From Massalongia carnosa (taxonomy: Eukaryota): a stretch of DNA of 64,000 nucleotides. The notes beneath the pieces were generated by a model. It was not told the origin of the DNA. It saw only the letters and a list, made by a program, of their open reading frames with translations, and searched no databases. The position numbers and the translations under genes are program-made. Numbering within the stretch: the first letter of the stretch is position 1; every line of letters starts with the position of its first letter. The DNA lies in NCBI GenBank assembly GCA_965645245.1, contig OZ287079.1:1178001-1242000 (forward strand), given 5' to 3'. Below are positions 50,539 to 64,000 of the stretch, piece after piece.

Positions 50539-52765
50539 TCATAACCTGGCATACTCCCTCCCAGGTATTGGTGGGGCGACCACTTGACTGCTGAAGGCGC
50601 AGTGGCCGACTCCATCCCTCACGCTGACAACTCCCCATTGAAGCGGCAACAAAGAAGCATTAGGGTCGTCTGATCTCGCATGACACGCGGCGCTGATGGC
50701 CGCGGAAGAAGAGCCGGTAAGCGGTATTTCTTCGGGAAATCTTCAGAGAGCAGCTGCAGTGCGCAGCCCAACAATGACGGTACCCACAATAATCGTCAAA
50801 AGAATGGCGTTAGAAGAGTACCCAATGATCGAAATCGAATGAATAGGGTCTATCTCACGATTATCACCGAGCACAACCATTTGAACCATGAATATGGCCC
50901 GAGAAGCCGTCCAATGGAGGAGCGATGAGAGCGCGGCCAAAGGAATGGCGTATTTAAACGGTATCTCGAGCCAATACGTGCTAGCCTGCTCACCAGCCGG
51001 CGATGTGACGTGGAGCGGTTTTCGATGCTTGGCATACTGCATATATTCATTCGAGGCTATCATAACGGTGAAAAGCGAGTTGATCATCACACAGAGATAG
51101 GAGGGAATCAGTTGATGCGTGTTAGCAAGGAGCGCTCCTTGAAAATTCGACATCCTGTGGGATAAATTACTGCTCGTGAAAGATCCTAAACCATTCTGTC
51201 GGAGGCTTTGAAAACTTATAGAGTCTTGAGCAATGGTCATGCTCAGAAACGATATGGCCAAAGCTATAGTAGCGTAATAGCTTTGCGGTATGATATCAGG
51301 ATTGGGTTTTGACGACAGAATTGATGGACGTACCAACAAATGCTTCCGACCCAACCACCACTTACAGAAGCGCCCCATTTTCGAGTTTTGGGTTTCCAGA
51401 TCCTACCAGCTCCAACTCTCGGAAATGAATACACGCAATGAGAGTCTTTGGCCCTCCAAAGCTCATCTATCATCTTTTTCGAAAACCCATCTGTATATGG
51501 AATTGGTTCGTCAAGGAACGAGCGCATAGCATCCCCGAACGTAACAAAAACGGGCTGTCGATATCTCCCGAGGAAGACGCTGATAGCGCAGACCTTACCA
51601 ATATTACATGTTAACACTGCTATAGCCAGGGCTAAACTAAACTGAAATTTGCAGAGTTGCGGAGCTTGTTCAATGTAGCAATACGTCATCAGAGCGCCAA
51701 ACGGTTGCCAGCTATTTCCGTTCACAATGATACCCTGCGTGGTTGACTGTTCGTGAGTGGGGCTGGCGAGTAACGCCATGTGCTTGGAACGGCGCCTACT
51801 ATAAAAGATGGATAGATGGTGACAGGAAGCTCGCTCTGCAATCCGAAGAGGTTGCTGGGCATGGAATGGAGCCAAGGATCATTGGAAATTTTGACTGCGC
51901 TCCAAGTGGTGACGCTCGTCCAATTTTCATACTAGCCGTAACCTATATTATAGAGGACTGTCTGATCCTGAACTATGAGAACGTTGCCGACTGTAGATAT
52001 GTCCCGACCAAATCTACCCAGAATTAGGTTCCGAACGTCAATCCGGATATTAAGCGCCATATGATAACTTACATAAAATGTAAGAGTAGCGAGCTAATAG
52101 CGAGCATAACCTAGAGGGCAGCTCGATCATATTGAAGATTCCGAATATTCGGGACCAACATGGACCCATTCCCTCTTCGCGTGCGCCGTATCAACTTCCT
52201 TACGCGTCGGGGAGCTCAGGCATTGCATTACATAAGTCCTGGCACTAAGTACTACTGTGCTGAGGATATTGATCACGAGGTGGAGCATTGTATCAAGCTC
52301 TTTGGTTTTACCGCAATTGCCTTGAAAGAGCACTGCAATTCCGCCTACCAAGGGGAAGCTTGAAACTGCCCAGACAGTTGCCGCCGTATCCAGAATCACA
52401 ACTAGCACAGCAGTCACAGCAGCTACCACTCCTCTTACGCGCCAGCCGCTGAAGAAGAGTTCCTTTTCTTTTTTCCACTAGTGCTTGTTTATAAAAAGAG
52501 CCTGGGTGCTTTCCAGTATTGACTCAAAGGATAGGGAACTTACCGCTTTCGCAAGATGATGCGAATTGAAAGCTGCCCGAATGCTAGAGGTAAGATTTAA
52601 AATCACGGAAGACAAATTTTTGGTAGGATTGCCGAAAACAACACCTCTCCTCGAAAACCCAGCCGCTTCCACGTCTAGACAAGGTATTGGATGAGATATG
52701 AACCTAGAACAAGTTGACGGACATGGTAGAAGTTGGGTCTGAGAGGGATTGAGAGGGTCTGCCAT
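50539..52765 (-). pseudogene. DUF6536-like multi-pass membrane protein, disrupted
   Basis: GWR.G...FQGNC...LHLVINILST...MQCLSSPTRKEVD.AH; later RKPLHVTSPAGEQ.STYWL.IP.KY..P....S.LLHW..S..IF and SSAAISAACH...LQWGVV. In-frame TAG at 52480-52478, TGA at 50745-50743, and several frameshifts. Confidence 0.8.
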
Positions 52766-54287
52766 TTTGCAAGCAATAGTAGGTAAGTTGGCTTGAGCGA
52801 CGTTCTTTCAAATGCTTCGGTGATTTAGACTGTACACAAAATAGGTTTCCTTGAACTAAAGAAGCAATGAAATATAGTCAGAAAGGAGAAGCAGAAATCC
52901 AGCGGGAAAGGCAATAGTGTCCTGCAGTACCTTTGGGTCCTGCAGAAGTTTTTCACCGCCATGGTGATAGAAACTCGCTGTAAGACGGATATATGCAAAC
53001 CTCTAGAAAGGTTGACCAGTACTCCATCGAGTAATGGTTTGCGGCTCTCTTCACCTGTAGGCGCAGGCTGACTCGAGAATTCAGAAGGAAAGGGCGCAGC
53101 GGGGGTTTTAACCGCGTTTGCCTTGAATATTCCAAGTATTCTGGCAGATGGTTGGCTCTGCAATATACCTTATGAAAGTAGAACGTCGTTGTACTCTGTA
53201 GTCCTTCGTGAACCTGCACTAACGTAATTCGTGTTGGGGAAACCTTTGGATAGCCTATTTTCACAGCTAACCATGTGGAAGAAGAAATCCTATTGCGCTA
53301 TGCGATGGTCAGAGATTATTGGTGACAGTCAGCAGATCAGGTGACTGATCTTAACTAGCTAACTACGGTAGTTAAGCCATCTTGAAGTCGATGACTTCAA
53401 TATCCGCTGTCCTCGAATGAGTGTTCCTGCATCGCTAGAGTCCAAAAGAATTCTAAGGAGCATCCCATCGCCACGGTGCAATGCACATCTATTTCGCAGA
53501 TTGGCGTTTCAGAAGTCCACAGTACTCGCTTCCTTACGACCATCAACTTCACTTCTCGTTAGCCATTAGTTAGTGGCGATTTACGGGTGGGGATATGGGG
53601 ATATCTGCCCCTTAATCAATCAACCACATTTCTCACACCCTATCTTTTATCCGTTTATTCGCTCACTCTCTAACCAGCTTCAACCCATCAACCACCATCT
53701 CCTTCCTCCCTATCTTACCGTTTAGTAATTCCTCAACCTTCTGCACCGACTCTGTCCCCTCCCATTTTCGTTCCTTAACCTCTCCCAGCAAACACCTCCA
53801 GCCTAGTTAGATACCAGTCCCTCTCTCACCCGAGAAAGGGGTTTCTCGAGCTATCAAATCGTATTGAGTTTTCTTCTCCTTTTTTTTTCCTTTTCCTTCG
53901 GCCATTTTCCTCCGGATCTTGTTATACATACACAGAAGAGATGCGCTTCAGGAGAGGAGAGGGGGAAGTCCGGATAACGTATGCAAGCTAGGTAGGGTAA
54001 TTAATGAAGTTGGAAGGGAGAAAGAAGAAGAAGATGGTGAGGAATAGTATATGAGGAGATGAAAAGATGAAAATGGGGAAAAAGAAAGGAAAAACATGAC
54101 AAAAAGGTGTGGGGGGTAAGCCCCTTTTCTCAACCTCTCAATCCCGCCAATCCCTATTTCCGTCTTCGATATTTAAATAAAGAATAATTAAAATTAAAAT
54201 CCTACGGTTTATTGTTTTAAGCAATTCTCTGAAAATCAATATTTCTCCTCAACCGGTCATCTCAACGCTCTTTTTTAATTAAATAAA

Positions 54288-56881
54288 GGGTTCGGATACG
54301 GGGACACCGGGTAGGATGCATGTACACCGGGCACTTGATGCATGTACACCGGGCACTTGATACATATACACCCTCTTCCCAAAAAGGTAAAGGGCCGGCA
54401 CATTTCGCACCACTTTACCTTTCTTGGTTAGTAGATGAAAAATCAGATGGTGATTTGAAAACTATGCGGCAATGAAGTTTTTAGCATTGATCTGTTGCAT
54501 CTCATCAAGATTGATAAGATGATATCTTCTAGCTACTCGGTCGTAATTGCCTCGTCAGTCCTACCCCTTCTTCCCCTGCCCCCCCTGCCCCCCCTGCCCG
54601 CCTCGCCGACCTTTTTCGCCTTGTCCGCCCTGTCCGCCCTGCCCGCCCTGCGCGCCCTGCCCGCCCTGCCCGCCCTAGTTGCTGCTTGAGTCGCAGGCCT
54701 GGATGAGGCACGAGTGCCTGCCACCTCACCTTCATCTCGTCGTCGCTCGCGCCCGCGCCCGCGCCCGCGTCCCGCTGGTGTAGCCTCGGCTCTTGCCAGA
54801 ACTCGTTCGATATCCGCTGGCAGTTCATTCCCATGTTGCTCTGCTATTTCACCTTCAACGATTTCGAATTGAGATGGATTCCGATAGGTGGAGTTGTCCA
54901 ATGCTTGTCTACGATTCTCCGCCCCTGCAGGACGTCCTCGAGGTTGGACAACTGCTGGTTCTTCCACCTGAAGTAGCGGATCGAGAGTTGGATCATTGAT
55001 TGGATCAGGTAAGGAAGATCTTTCAAACCTCCAATGAGGATGGACATCTTCCAAAATCAGACATCCCTCAGGTCCGAATGAACGTTCCTGCATTTTGTGA
55101 CTGCATGGTAATCCGGTAGTAGTTGTAAAGCTTCCAGTGCAACGATTGACTGCCGTTGCTTGGTCCGTCAACAGTCTGTATTGATCATCCATTCTTCTCA
55201 ATGCGTATGGGGTTACGAACGCCGCGATGCGATTGAAAACTGGTTTTCGAAGATCCATAGGGTATCGCATCTTCGCTTCGTCAAAGGCTATCATGTAATT
55301 TTGTCGCTCGTTGATTAGAAGTAGGTTGATGCCATCTACAACTGTTTTCAAATCTCCTACAGCTCAGTCAGTATTGAATGTTTCTTAGGGTTGTACTCAT
55401 TACCTGTTGATACTCCGAGATGACGTTTAAGAGCTGCGTGCCCCCCCTCACCTCTAGAAGTAGTTGTGGTTCCGAAATGTAACACCTGATCGGTTTGAAA
55501 TTTCACGAAGCGACGATGAAAGGACATGATGTACGTTTCTCGCAGATAATCCAAACATTCTCCATGCGTTAGATAGTAGGTGTCATTCATTCCCTGCCAC
55601 GCCGACTCGTAATCAACTCTGGAAGCGGCGTATACAACAGAAGTCCAGGCGGATATGAAGTCATCCCATTCTTCTTTGGTATTGAAGTCCTTCTTGCAAT
55701 TTGCCGTCACATTCTTGTTGATATGCCAAAGACAGAGCAGATGATTCGTATTGGGAAAGATCAATCGCACGGCATTCATCAACCCACGCTCCATATCGGT
55801 CACAACAACCACCGGATCTGGAATTTGCAACTGCGCATACAACGACTTCAATTGTCCCAATGTCCACTCATAATCCACCTGCTTCTCCTTTGCCATGAAG
55901 CAAAACGCGACATAGAAATTAGTATGTAGGGCCGTTTGCCCGCTGATGATCAGCAACGGAAGTTTATATCTGTTGGTTTTGTAGGTGCAATCCATGACCA
56001 GAACTTCATGATTGACCTTCAGTAGAGTTTGGGATGTTCCTCTCACGAAGAATAAGTGGGTGATCTGATTGCGAATGTCTTTCTGATAGTTGTACGTCCA
56101 GTCGTTTTGATCAAGTTCCTGCATCAATGCCTGAACCGGGGTTAAAGGACCTAGAGTATCTCGTCTCAGCTGTGCCTTGATGTTGTAGATATCTCGAGGC
56201 TTGAATAACGGATTGTTGTTATCGGTGTCAATACGAAGGGTGGAGAGAATCTTAGAAGGAGCTGTTTGCACGGTCAATTGTCTAGAGATGTCGTTCTTAA
56301 TCTCTTCAGTCATAGCCATTTTGCGTAACGTTGGATGCGATCCAGCAATTGTAGCTTCATGATTATGGAATGGGTTGATTACTTCCAATAACCAGGTTCC
56401 ATCCACTCTGTTTCGCACCGCCGTGACCTTGAACTGACAATCGATGATTCGAGTATTAGTATGACGTCTATCTCTGCCTCGAGGTATTCGATTGCTACCT
56501 CCCCTGTCGCAGCGCAACCAGACTTTTCTCTTGATGCCAAGATCTGATTTCTTTGATCTAGCTGTGACCACCGCGTATCCTTCTGAGCCGGCGTGAGTAT
56601 TGACGCTGAGAATGAGTTCTTCCAAGGTGGAAAAAACCTGGTCATCGTGAGGAGGAGCCAGAGGCATAATTTGAGAATGATTGAGAAAGATGATGCATCA
56701 ATTGAAAATTTCAAGATCTCATCTGATTTTTCATCTGCTAACCAAGAAAGGTAAAGTGGTGCGAAATGTGCCGGCCCTTTACCTTTTTGGGAAGAGGGTG
56801 TATATGTATCAAGTGCCCGGTGTACATGCATCAAGTGCCCGGTGTACATGCATCCTACCCGGTGTCCCCGTATCCGAACCC
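54288..56881 (-). mobile_element. Mutator-like element (MULE), 2594 bp, apparently intact
   Basis: 162-bp TIRs (54288-54449 and 56720-56881) with one mismatch, GGGTTCGG termini, flanked by the direct repeat TAAATAAA (54280-54287 and 56882-56889). Confidence 0.96.
54533..56667 (-). CDS. MULE transposase (FAR1/WRKY-like zinc finger, MULE DDE domain, SWIM-like finger, RG-rich tail), 695 aa
   Basis: The 47-bp intron 55403-55357 joins the two ORFs in frame. LRCDRG..DCQF..HNH; VMDCTYKTNRY.LPL; VVTDMERGLMNA; HLLCLWH; TTSRGEG.H; CTGSF..TTGLPCSH; PRGRP. Confidence 0.93.
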
Positions 56882-58268
56882 TAAATAAATAGCTATCATC
56901 TCCGCGACTGACACTTACCTCCAATTCTCGCTCTATGGTCAGGTTGGAAAGAGAGTATGTCGTGTAGCAAAATAAAGAGGAACCGGTAGGTGCGGGTTCA
57001 TTCACTGCGTGTTAATTAGTTCCTTTAAAGGAGGGAGGAGGTTTAAAAATGGGGAAACCGGGGGGGCGGGGAGGGGGGTTTGATCGTTGATGGTTCAGGG
57101 TTAAGGGTTTGGCTGAAAGTAGGTTTTTTGAAGAGAGAGAAGGGGGGGGGGGGGGTTGGTAATCTACTTATGATTTGGTAGGTATGTACATTCATAGGCC
57201 CTGACAAGGAGAGGGGGCTTTTGGGGAACTGACGCATGTTGAATTAACCCAGCGGCAAACAGGGCAGATAATAACAAGGTTCCCAATTTTTTTATTAAAA
57301 TGGATAAGCCACTACTACTTCATCAGCAAAAACTCATCCATCCAGCAGAAGGAGAAGACCCCAGTTGGCTGTCTTCGCTTCATAGGCTCGAAAAGCCACA
57401 CAAAAATCCCAGTTTTGTATCTCCTTTTTTATCATCACATCGTCCTTCTTTCGGTGGCACGTCTCGTCTCTGGCGATACGCGGCTTTTTATATACTCCAC
57501 GCATGAGTATGATTGACTGATTGTTTCTAGTGAAGGGGAGAAACGATATAGGTAGGTTATTGTGTAGACGATATCTTCTCTGAGATGAAACGTAACTGAA
57601 CGCTTTTGGGAATTTCGTCGACGTTTAGGATAGATATTTTTTTAAAAAAAAAGTACATGTGAGAAGAAGAAAAATGATCGGGGTTTGAAGGCACTTGTTG
57701 TAAGGGGAATTTATGTACTATGATGGATGAAGAACTAAAATCCAGAGGTCTCGGAGTAAGACCTTCGTTTCGCTCCTCCTAAACGACCTGTGTTGAAACG
57801 GGAAGGAATTCCCATAACACTCGTATGTCCTTCATTGATTGATTGATGAGAGGGAATGATTCTTTTTTTACGAGATCTTAGGGGATTGTCCTTTTGATCG
57901 ACAGGCGATTTTTGTCGCATTTTTAGAATCTCTAAACTATTTCCAAGAGGAGATAGTCTGATTTATGGGTACAGTATTCTTGATATTTTCTTTGTTTTAT
58001 CAATCGAGTCCTTTGAGTCATTAGAATCAGTCATTGAATCCTCCTCCTCTTTAGGACTATTGGCTTCTTTTTCGTAGTCATTAGAATCTTTGCGGTGTTG
58101 CCTAAGTGGATCAATACGAAGAAAACTCAAGTTCTCGGTATCATCCTAACATCAACATGAATTTTATGTTTATTCATATATTCAGCGTATTCATAAGGCC
58201 TTCTCGGCCAGCTTCTAATGCTTCTGTAATTAAACATTAGCTGATACATCGACCACGATTAAAATACT

Positions 58269-58384
58269 TGTTTAAAATAGGAGGGATGGATGGAGAATGA
58301 TGGACCCAATGCACAGAAAATAGGTGGCAGAATGCCAGAAGTCTCTAGATAGTATATGAATGAAATAATTCAGATTATTGCGAC
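58269..58384 (+). repeat. Dispersed ~120-bp repeat, copy B (copy A at 22558-22682)
   Basis: Matches copy A apart from three G>A changes and a 9-bp deletion. Confidence 0.9.
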
Positions 58385-58433
58385 GGGTAGCGGTGTTGAC
58401 TACAGTAAACACATTGATATGAGCATCCAGTTA

Positions 58434-58581
58434 CGCCGCGCAACGGGTTGGGTTTTCGCCACAAAATTGCTTTTTCGCCACCGGGTTTTTCTTTCAAAAC
58501 CCAACCCGGACACCAAAAGTCATAGGGTTCGCCACAAACGGGTTGGATTTTCATCAGAGAAATCCGACCCGTTGCGCGGCG
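58434..58581. mobile_element. MITE (about 148 bp), Tc1/mariner-pogo-like, TA-flanked
   Basis: TA-CGCCGCGCAACGGGT...ACCCGTTGCGCGGCG-TA, with internal repeats of cgggtt and ttcgccac. Confidence 0.75.
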
Positions 58582-58979
58582 TAAGCATCTACTTCATCTC
58601 CATGACAGCATTTTTCTGTTTCGTTTCTTGAGGAATTGAAACAAAGTAGCGGGAGATTTGAGAAATGAATTAAGATGCAAAACTCGGAATTAGAGCTGAA
58701 GATTTAGAGTAAACCCGCAGTTGATCTCGAAGAAATGGTGCTGATGTTGTGGGTGATGGGAACGGAAATAGAAAACGGAGGCGAATAGAAAGAGTATCGT
58801 CCAACAGATGCTCGTTCTTGGCTCGGCGAAGGGCAAATTCGCTTTCTAAGTTCTTGTTGTCTTCGGTTTTCTCGTATTTGGTCTTTGGGGTTGTTTTCTG
58901 GTCCTTTAATGAATCTCGTGGTATTTATATACTGTACGTCTTCGTTGATCGCTTATAACCGTTGAGTTGCAAGGTACAT

Positions 58980-61900
58980 CAGTGTTCGCAATGGAGTGAC
59001 TGGATTGGATTGGAGTCCATTAAGATTAAACCTTAATGGATTGGACTCCATTAAGGAATATATTTAATGGATGGAGTGGATCGGAGTCCATGGATCTCCA
59101 GTGGAGTAAATCCATTTAATCCATTTAATCCATGGACTCCATGGACTCCATGGACTCCACTGAAGTGCAGTGCGTACAAACCTTTCCGGAACCTCCCTCG
59201 AGCGTAAAACCACTTTGTAGTAGATATAAATTGCCTAATCGAGACGACGACCCAGCTAAGCGAGGACGACGACCTTTGTGTTTTGATGATTTTGGCTGGA
59301 TTTTCGCACCTTCCATGGCCCGGTAAACCTCGGCTAGGGGGTAGAGTCTGAAATATAGGTGGTAGATTGAGGTTGCGATGTTGAAGTGATGAGGAAGGAG
59401 TGTTTTTGCATTTGTTCTCCACGAACTCAAAGTAGTTTTTGAACCTTTCAACTAAAATTAACTAGGAAAAATTCAAAAGATACCTAAAAGAACCTTTCCA
59501 GCAATGCCAAATTTGCCATCAAACATAGCAAATATCAACTTCTAGTCCCCTTGGCAACCATGCACTCATCCCACCTCCTATGGGTTCCCTTGATCCCCGA
59601 ACTTCTCTCCTGCCTTCTGGTACGCTGGTAAGTACTCGAAATAGTCTCCTAGAACTAGCCCACCCATGGCCCAGCTTCTAATACACTCTCCTGCCTCAAT
59701 AAAGTCGGGTTTTAGACGATTCCTATGATCTGGAATCATCAATTTGGACGAAGAGAACAAGCGTTCGACCACTGCACTCATGCCAGGCACAGAGAATATA
59801 TCCCTGGCCATTTGAGCTAGTCTAGGATAGTGAGGCTCGTGAGCTTTCCACCATTCTAAGTGGCCAGAGAACCCGCAACCATCTTCATCAACTGGTTCTG
59901 TATTACAGTACCGTCTATATTCATCTCTGACAGTGGATTTAGCTTTGTTTGTACTCCTTTTAAGGTGTTCCTTCAAAAGGGAGGGCTTAGCGTGCTACAA
60001 ATATAGTTAGCCGTGTTTTTATATTAATAAGTGTTAATATACCTTATTATTTTAACTTCCAGGTGACGGTATATCATCTTCAGCAACCTCTATATTTGCA
60101 TATAAGTCTTGCCAAAGTTTTTGGACCTTCGTACGAGCTTGAGCAAGGTCACTAGCACTCATACTATCCTCAAAATAAGTCCACTTATACCAGGGCATCA
60201 GGACGACGGCCACTAAATAAATAGGGGAAGTGAGTAGTTGACGGTATTTCTCTAGCTTTTGCATGGCGTTAATAATGTTCAGTTCCAGTCGTTTACTAGC
60301 TAGTTCCTGTGGGTTTGACTGATCGACTTCATCAAGCTCAAAACCAAATAGCTGCTCTTCCATCCCCTTTTTTATTAAATCATATGAAGGGAGCACTTGG
60401 TGAGCGTAACCATTATTTCCTATTAAAAGCTTAGTGATTATCGAGTTATTTAAAGCTTATATAATATACCAGACATCTCTCTTCCTTGTAAACTCATCAT
60501 AAGCTCTTCGAGTGGTTCCATAAAAGCAATCACTTCCTTGGCGTAGTTCCAATCGTCAACCGTCATTTGCGAATCAAAAAGAGTCTTCTCAGTAAATGAT
60601 TGCTCAGAGTTACGATGGACGAATAGATCAAGAGAGTCTTTGATTTGAATGGCCCGTCGAAGCATATTAAGAGTTGAAAACCATCTAGTGATTTGCTCTT
60701 TAATTGGATGCAAGAGAGGGTCTTGAATCGTCTTATTAATCCCTTCAAACTGCTCGATCCTTTGAGCGGTGGCCATTATAAAGACAATAATCACATGAAG
60801 CTTCGTAATAGCATCTATTGGACGTTTCCAGACTGCCTTGGGCTCCCCTGGGAGTCGTTGACGCGCTTGCTTCGTAGGTTTGTTCTCTAAGAATGCAGTT
60901 GCCACGAGATTAACGATATGGCCGAAACAACGTAGTCGGTGAGTATCAGCGTCCCACCTAACTCCCTGCAAAAGGAGATGTTCCTCGACTGCTCTCAAGC
61001 AAGTGTCATTATCACCGGCATTATCCAAAACACAGTAGCCGAGCCTACCCCCTAGTTTATAAACTTCAAGGGCCTTGACTATTAATTTTGACATATTCTC
61101 TCCACTATGGGGTCCAATAAGACGCTTCATGCCAAGAATCACTGTACGTGCTTGCCAGGAACGATCAATAAAGTGACAGCAAAGACCTAGCATAGAGAAA
61201 TTATTAGGAGACGACCATAAGTCAAAGGATATATGGACTTGGCAGTTGCTTTCCACTAATAACTGAATCAATACAAGTTGACAAGCTAGAAATATCTCTA
61301 ATAGTGCAGCTTTAATGGAATTGCCCGACTTGGGGAGTGTATCATTGCCTCGTAAATACGGACTTGAATATAAAAGCAGGTCTCGAAAAGCACGCTGCTC
61401 TACAATGGCAAAAGGAATATGACAAATACAAAGAAATCGTAAGAGCTTTTGTCGAAAGACTTCTGGACTAAAAGGAGCAACTACTACCCCTTGTTGAAGA
61501 TGTTCAACAACAGAGATAGATGCCCTAGCAGCTGCTTCCTTAGGTGGAACAAGATTATGGTCCTTTCGTAAGTGCTCTCCACATGAAGCAGTGCCGTTTG
61601 TGATCATATACTCAGTATTAGAACCGTCTGCAACACCTGTAGTTAATTAGCTTTAATAATCGTTAATATAAATTAAATAGATATTGGACAAATGTATAGT
61701 ACATGTCAAAATGACAACTCGATGGTTCGGTACATATAAAATGGGCGGAATTACACTGAGTTCTATACAAATTTTCATAGCAAACATGGCAAATAAGTAT
61801 AAATCTGGTACTTTACATTTGTTACACACCCAATAGGCCTTGCCCTCCCTCTCTGCCTTGGTGCCCCAATCCCATATCCAACTACGGCTCGCTCTAGCTC

Positions 61901-62726
61901 TCTTTGAAGCTATTCCACTTGTAGGAGACGAAAACCGGCCACCAATAACCCTGCCTTCAATAGAGGTTATAGGTGACGGCCTAGAAGGGCTGCTGGAATG
62001 GTTACCAGGAGCGTTCCTGTCGTTCTCAGAGTATATAGTGCCGCTCAGGATGATATGGGGACGCTCCGTAGCTTGGGAAGTCGTGGAGGGTGCAGGGGAA
62101 CGTCGAGAAAAGCTCAGGGCTGACTGGGATGGAGACCTCTGCCATATATTAATATATAAGCTTGATTAAATAAAGGATATGGATCAATACTCTTGAAGCT
62201 TCATTCCCAAGCTCTGCTGAACCAACCGTACGCTTTCTGCCACGCGTAATACGTTCAGTAACGTCGATATCACATGCTCCAGGAAGCTCAAATACTGACT
62301 CTGTCTCGCCAGGGTCGGGGCGGGTTGTAGTTGTATCGTCACTAATATCAGACATCACTGCAAGTACGGTTCGGGACGGATTTTGGTGGTTTCTAGTTTA
62401 AATAGAAGCAAATTCAGTCCATAGCAAGTGATATTTGTAGGTTGACACGAATAAAAGCAGTAAAACAAGTGAAATATCACTTAAAATGTGGGAATGACCA
62501 TAGCTTTAAGGCCCCTGGAGCTATACCTAAAACACCACCTATTTTTAGGCCCTAATCCATTGGACTCCATGGAGTCCACTCCATTAGATAAATCCTTATT
62601 GGAGTGACTCCATTAAGCCTAAAACCTTATTGGATGGACTCCATTTAAAAAAAAAACCTTTGGAGTGGATTGGAGTGGATTAAATGGAGTGGATATCCAT
62701 TAAGAATCACTCCATTGCGAACACTG
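58980..62726 (-). mobile_element. hAT-superfamily DNA transposon, copy 2 (3747 bp), inverted relative to copy 1
   Basis: Same 20-bp TIRs at 58980-58999 and 62707-62726. The transposase ORF translations are identical to those of copy 1. Confidence 0.97.
59578..62355 (-). CDS. hAT transposase, copy 2 (same apparent premature TAA at 60054-60052)
   Basis: ORFs 62149-62358, 60450-61607, 60052-60396 and 59578-59976 translate identically to those in copy 1. Confidence 0.88.
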
Positions 62727-63372
62727 GCCGAATCCTTACTGAACTCGACATCATTCTATCGAATCTGGAAATCCGATTTAAGAGTAACTAGTAGGCATGC
62801 CTTTCAGGGTGAAATGTCCTTGCTCAGAGATGAATCTTGCCGTGGCTTCAAGCATCTTTCTAACTTGAACGCTTCCTTTATATTTGTGCATATCTCCTGT
62901 ACGAGTACATGGATGTCTGTTTTGATTTAAGGGCTTGCAGTTGCTTCGGGACAAATTCCATTACTCGATCAATCCACACAGAATATAGAGAAAATCAAAA
63001 TAAACAGCCTCTGATCAATCTACTCGCTCCTCACGGAGGAAACAACTCGACACTGTTATCAGAATGTTATACTTGAGAATTCTTTTGAACCTAGTTACCG
63101 TCATCTATCTATTTCGATTAAGTGTTGTGCTTGGTCACTACGATGGAACTATCTGTTGCAATCTTGCGCTGAAAGACTGTTTCCGCTATTTTTTATTTAA
63201 TTCCTTTCTCTTCTTCAACTTACAGACAGATAGAACGTCGAGTTTCGGAATCACAAACCCTAGGCTTGTTTCTATAGAGCCAATCACTTGTCTTTTTTCT
63301 TTCTTTCTTTTCTCTTGCTATATATATATACATACATATAGGAACAGACAGGGGGATTGGGACTTGATATAA

Positions 63373-63398
63373 TACCTACCTACCTACCTACCTACCTA
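63373..63398. repeat. (TACC)n microsatellite; (CA)n at about 63558-63576
   Basis: Direct reading. Confidence 0.85.
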
Positions 63399-64000
63399 TA
63401 GGAATAGTCCCATTATTGACAACAAATAAGTTTTACCGCAATCAATCTACCCATCCATTCAGCCAACCCTTTCCAGAAAATCCCTACCAGGACGTTGCTG
63501 CTGATGAATTTGTCGATTGGATGGATAAATAAATGTAGATATATATAACAACTCACCCACACACACACACACACACGTTGTGTGAAACCGCCCGTGCGTG
63601 ATTTAATTTCGCGACTCTGAAAAACTCATTTATTGAGGCCGCATGGAATCTTGCTTACAATTAGGGAGTAATAAATAATTACACATACACACATCGCGCC
63701 CATTCATCTTTTCCCTCCAAAAACTCCCGCGCAGATGCAAAGTATGTAGGATAAGTGATAAGCTGGATAGGAAAAAAGCACTATGTCCTACGTACGCCCT
63801 CCCTGACCAGGTCATAAATCCATGAAACACACAAAAGATCGCGGGCTCGAACGGTATTAGTTTAGTTCTTCTGTTTCACTCTTTATTCATGTCACGAGCA
63901 AGCATATCGACAGCCCCGTCTCAACGGCGGAGAAGGAAAAAACAAGGGGAATAAGGGTTCACATATTCGCCAACTCAGCATCAATCTGGCGGTCCAAGAA

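Overview
Intron-containing filamentous-ascomycete (Pezizomycotina-type) genomic DNA. A conserved core-gene block at about 25.3-40.0 kb (FIS1, SPC24, LSB6-type PI4-kinase, a Rad5/HLTF-like SNF2 helicase, MED21, EXO70) is flanked by accessory DNA. The accessory DNA holds a large MIU/Zn-finger/P-loop GTPase/RING/patatin gene, a decayed caspase-like gene, sulfotransferase-family and DUF6536-like pseudogenes, a GMC oxidoreductase, a Cys-rich single-pass membrane protein, an intact Mutator-like element, MITEs, a satellite-containing repeat and retroelement relics. The main structural signal is two near-identical 3.8-kb hAT transposons in inverted orientation (9580-13388 + and 58980-62726 -). Their 8-bp target-site duplications are exchanged and inverted, which indicates that the 45.6 kb between them, including the core genes, was inverted through the transposon pair; mis-assembly across the repeat is the alternative. 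Both hAT copies share an apparent in-frame TAA upstream of the C-terminal catalytic/dimerisation exon. All calls come from reading the sequence by eye; no searches were run.
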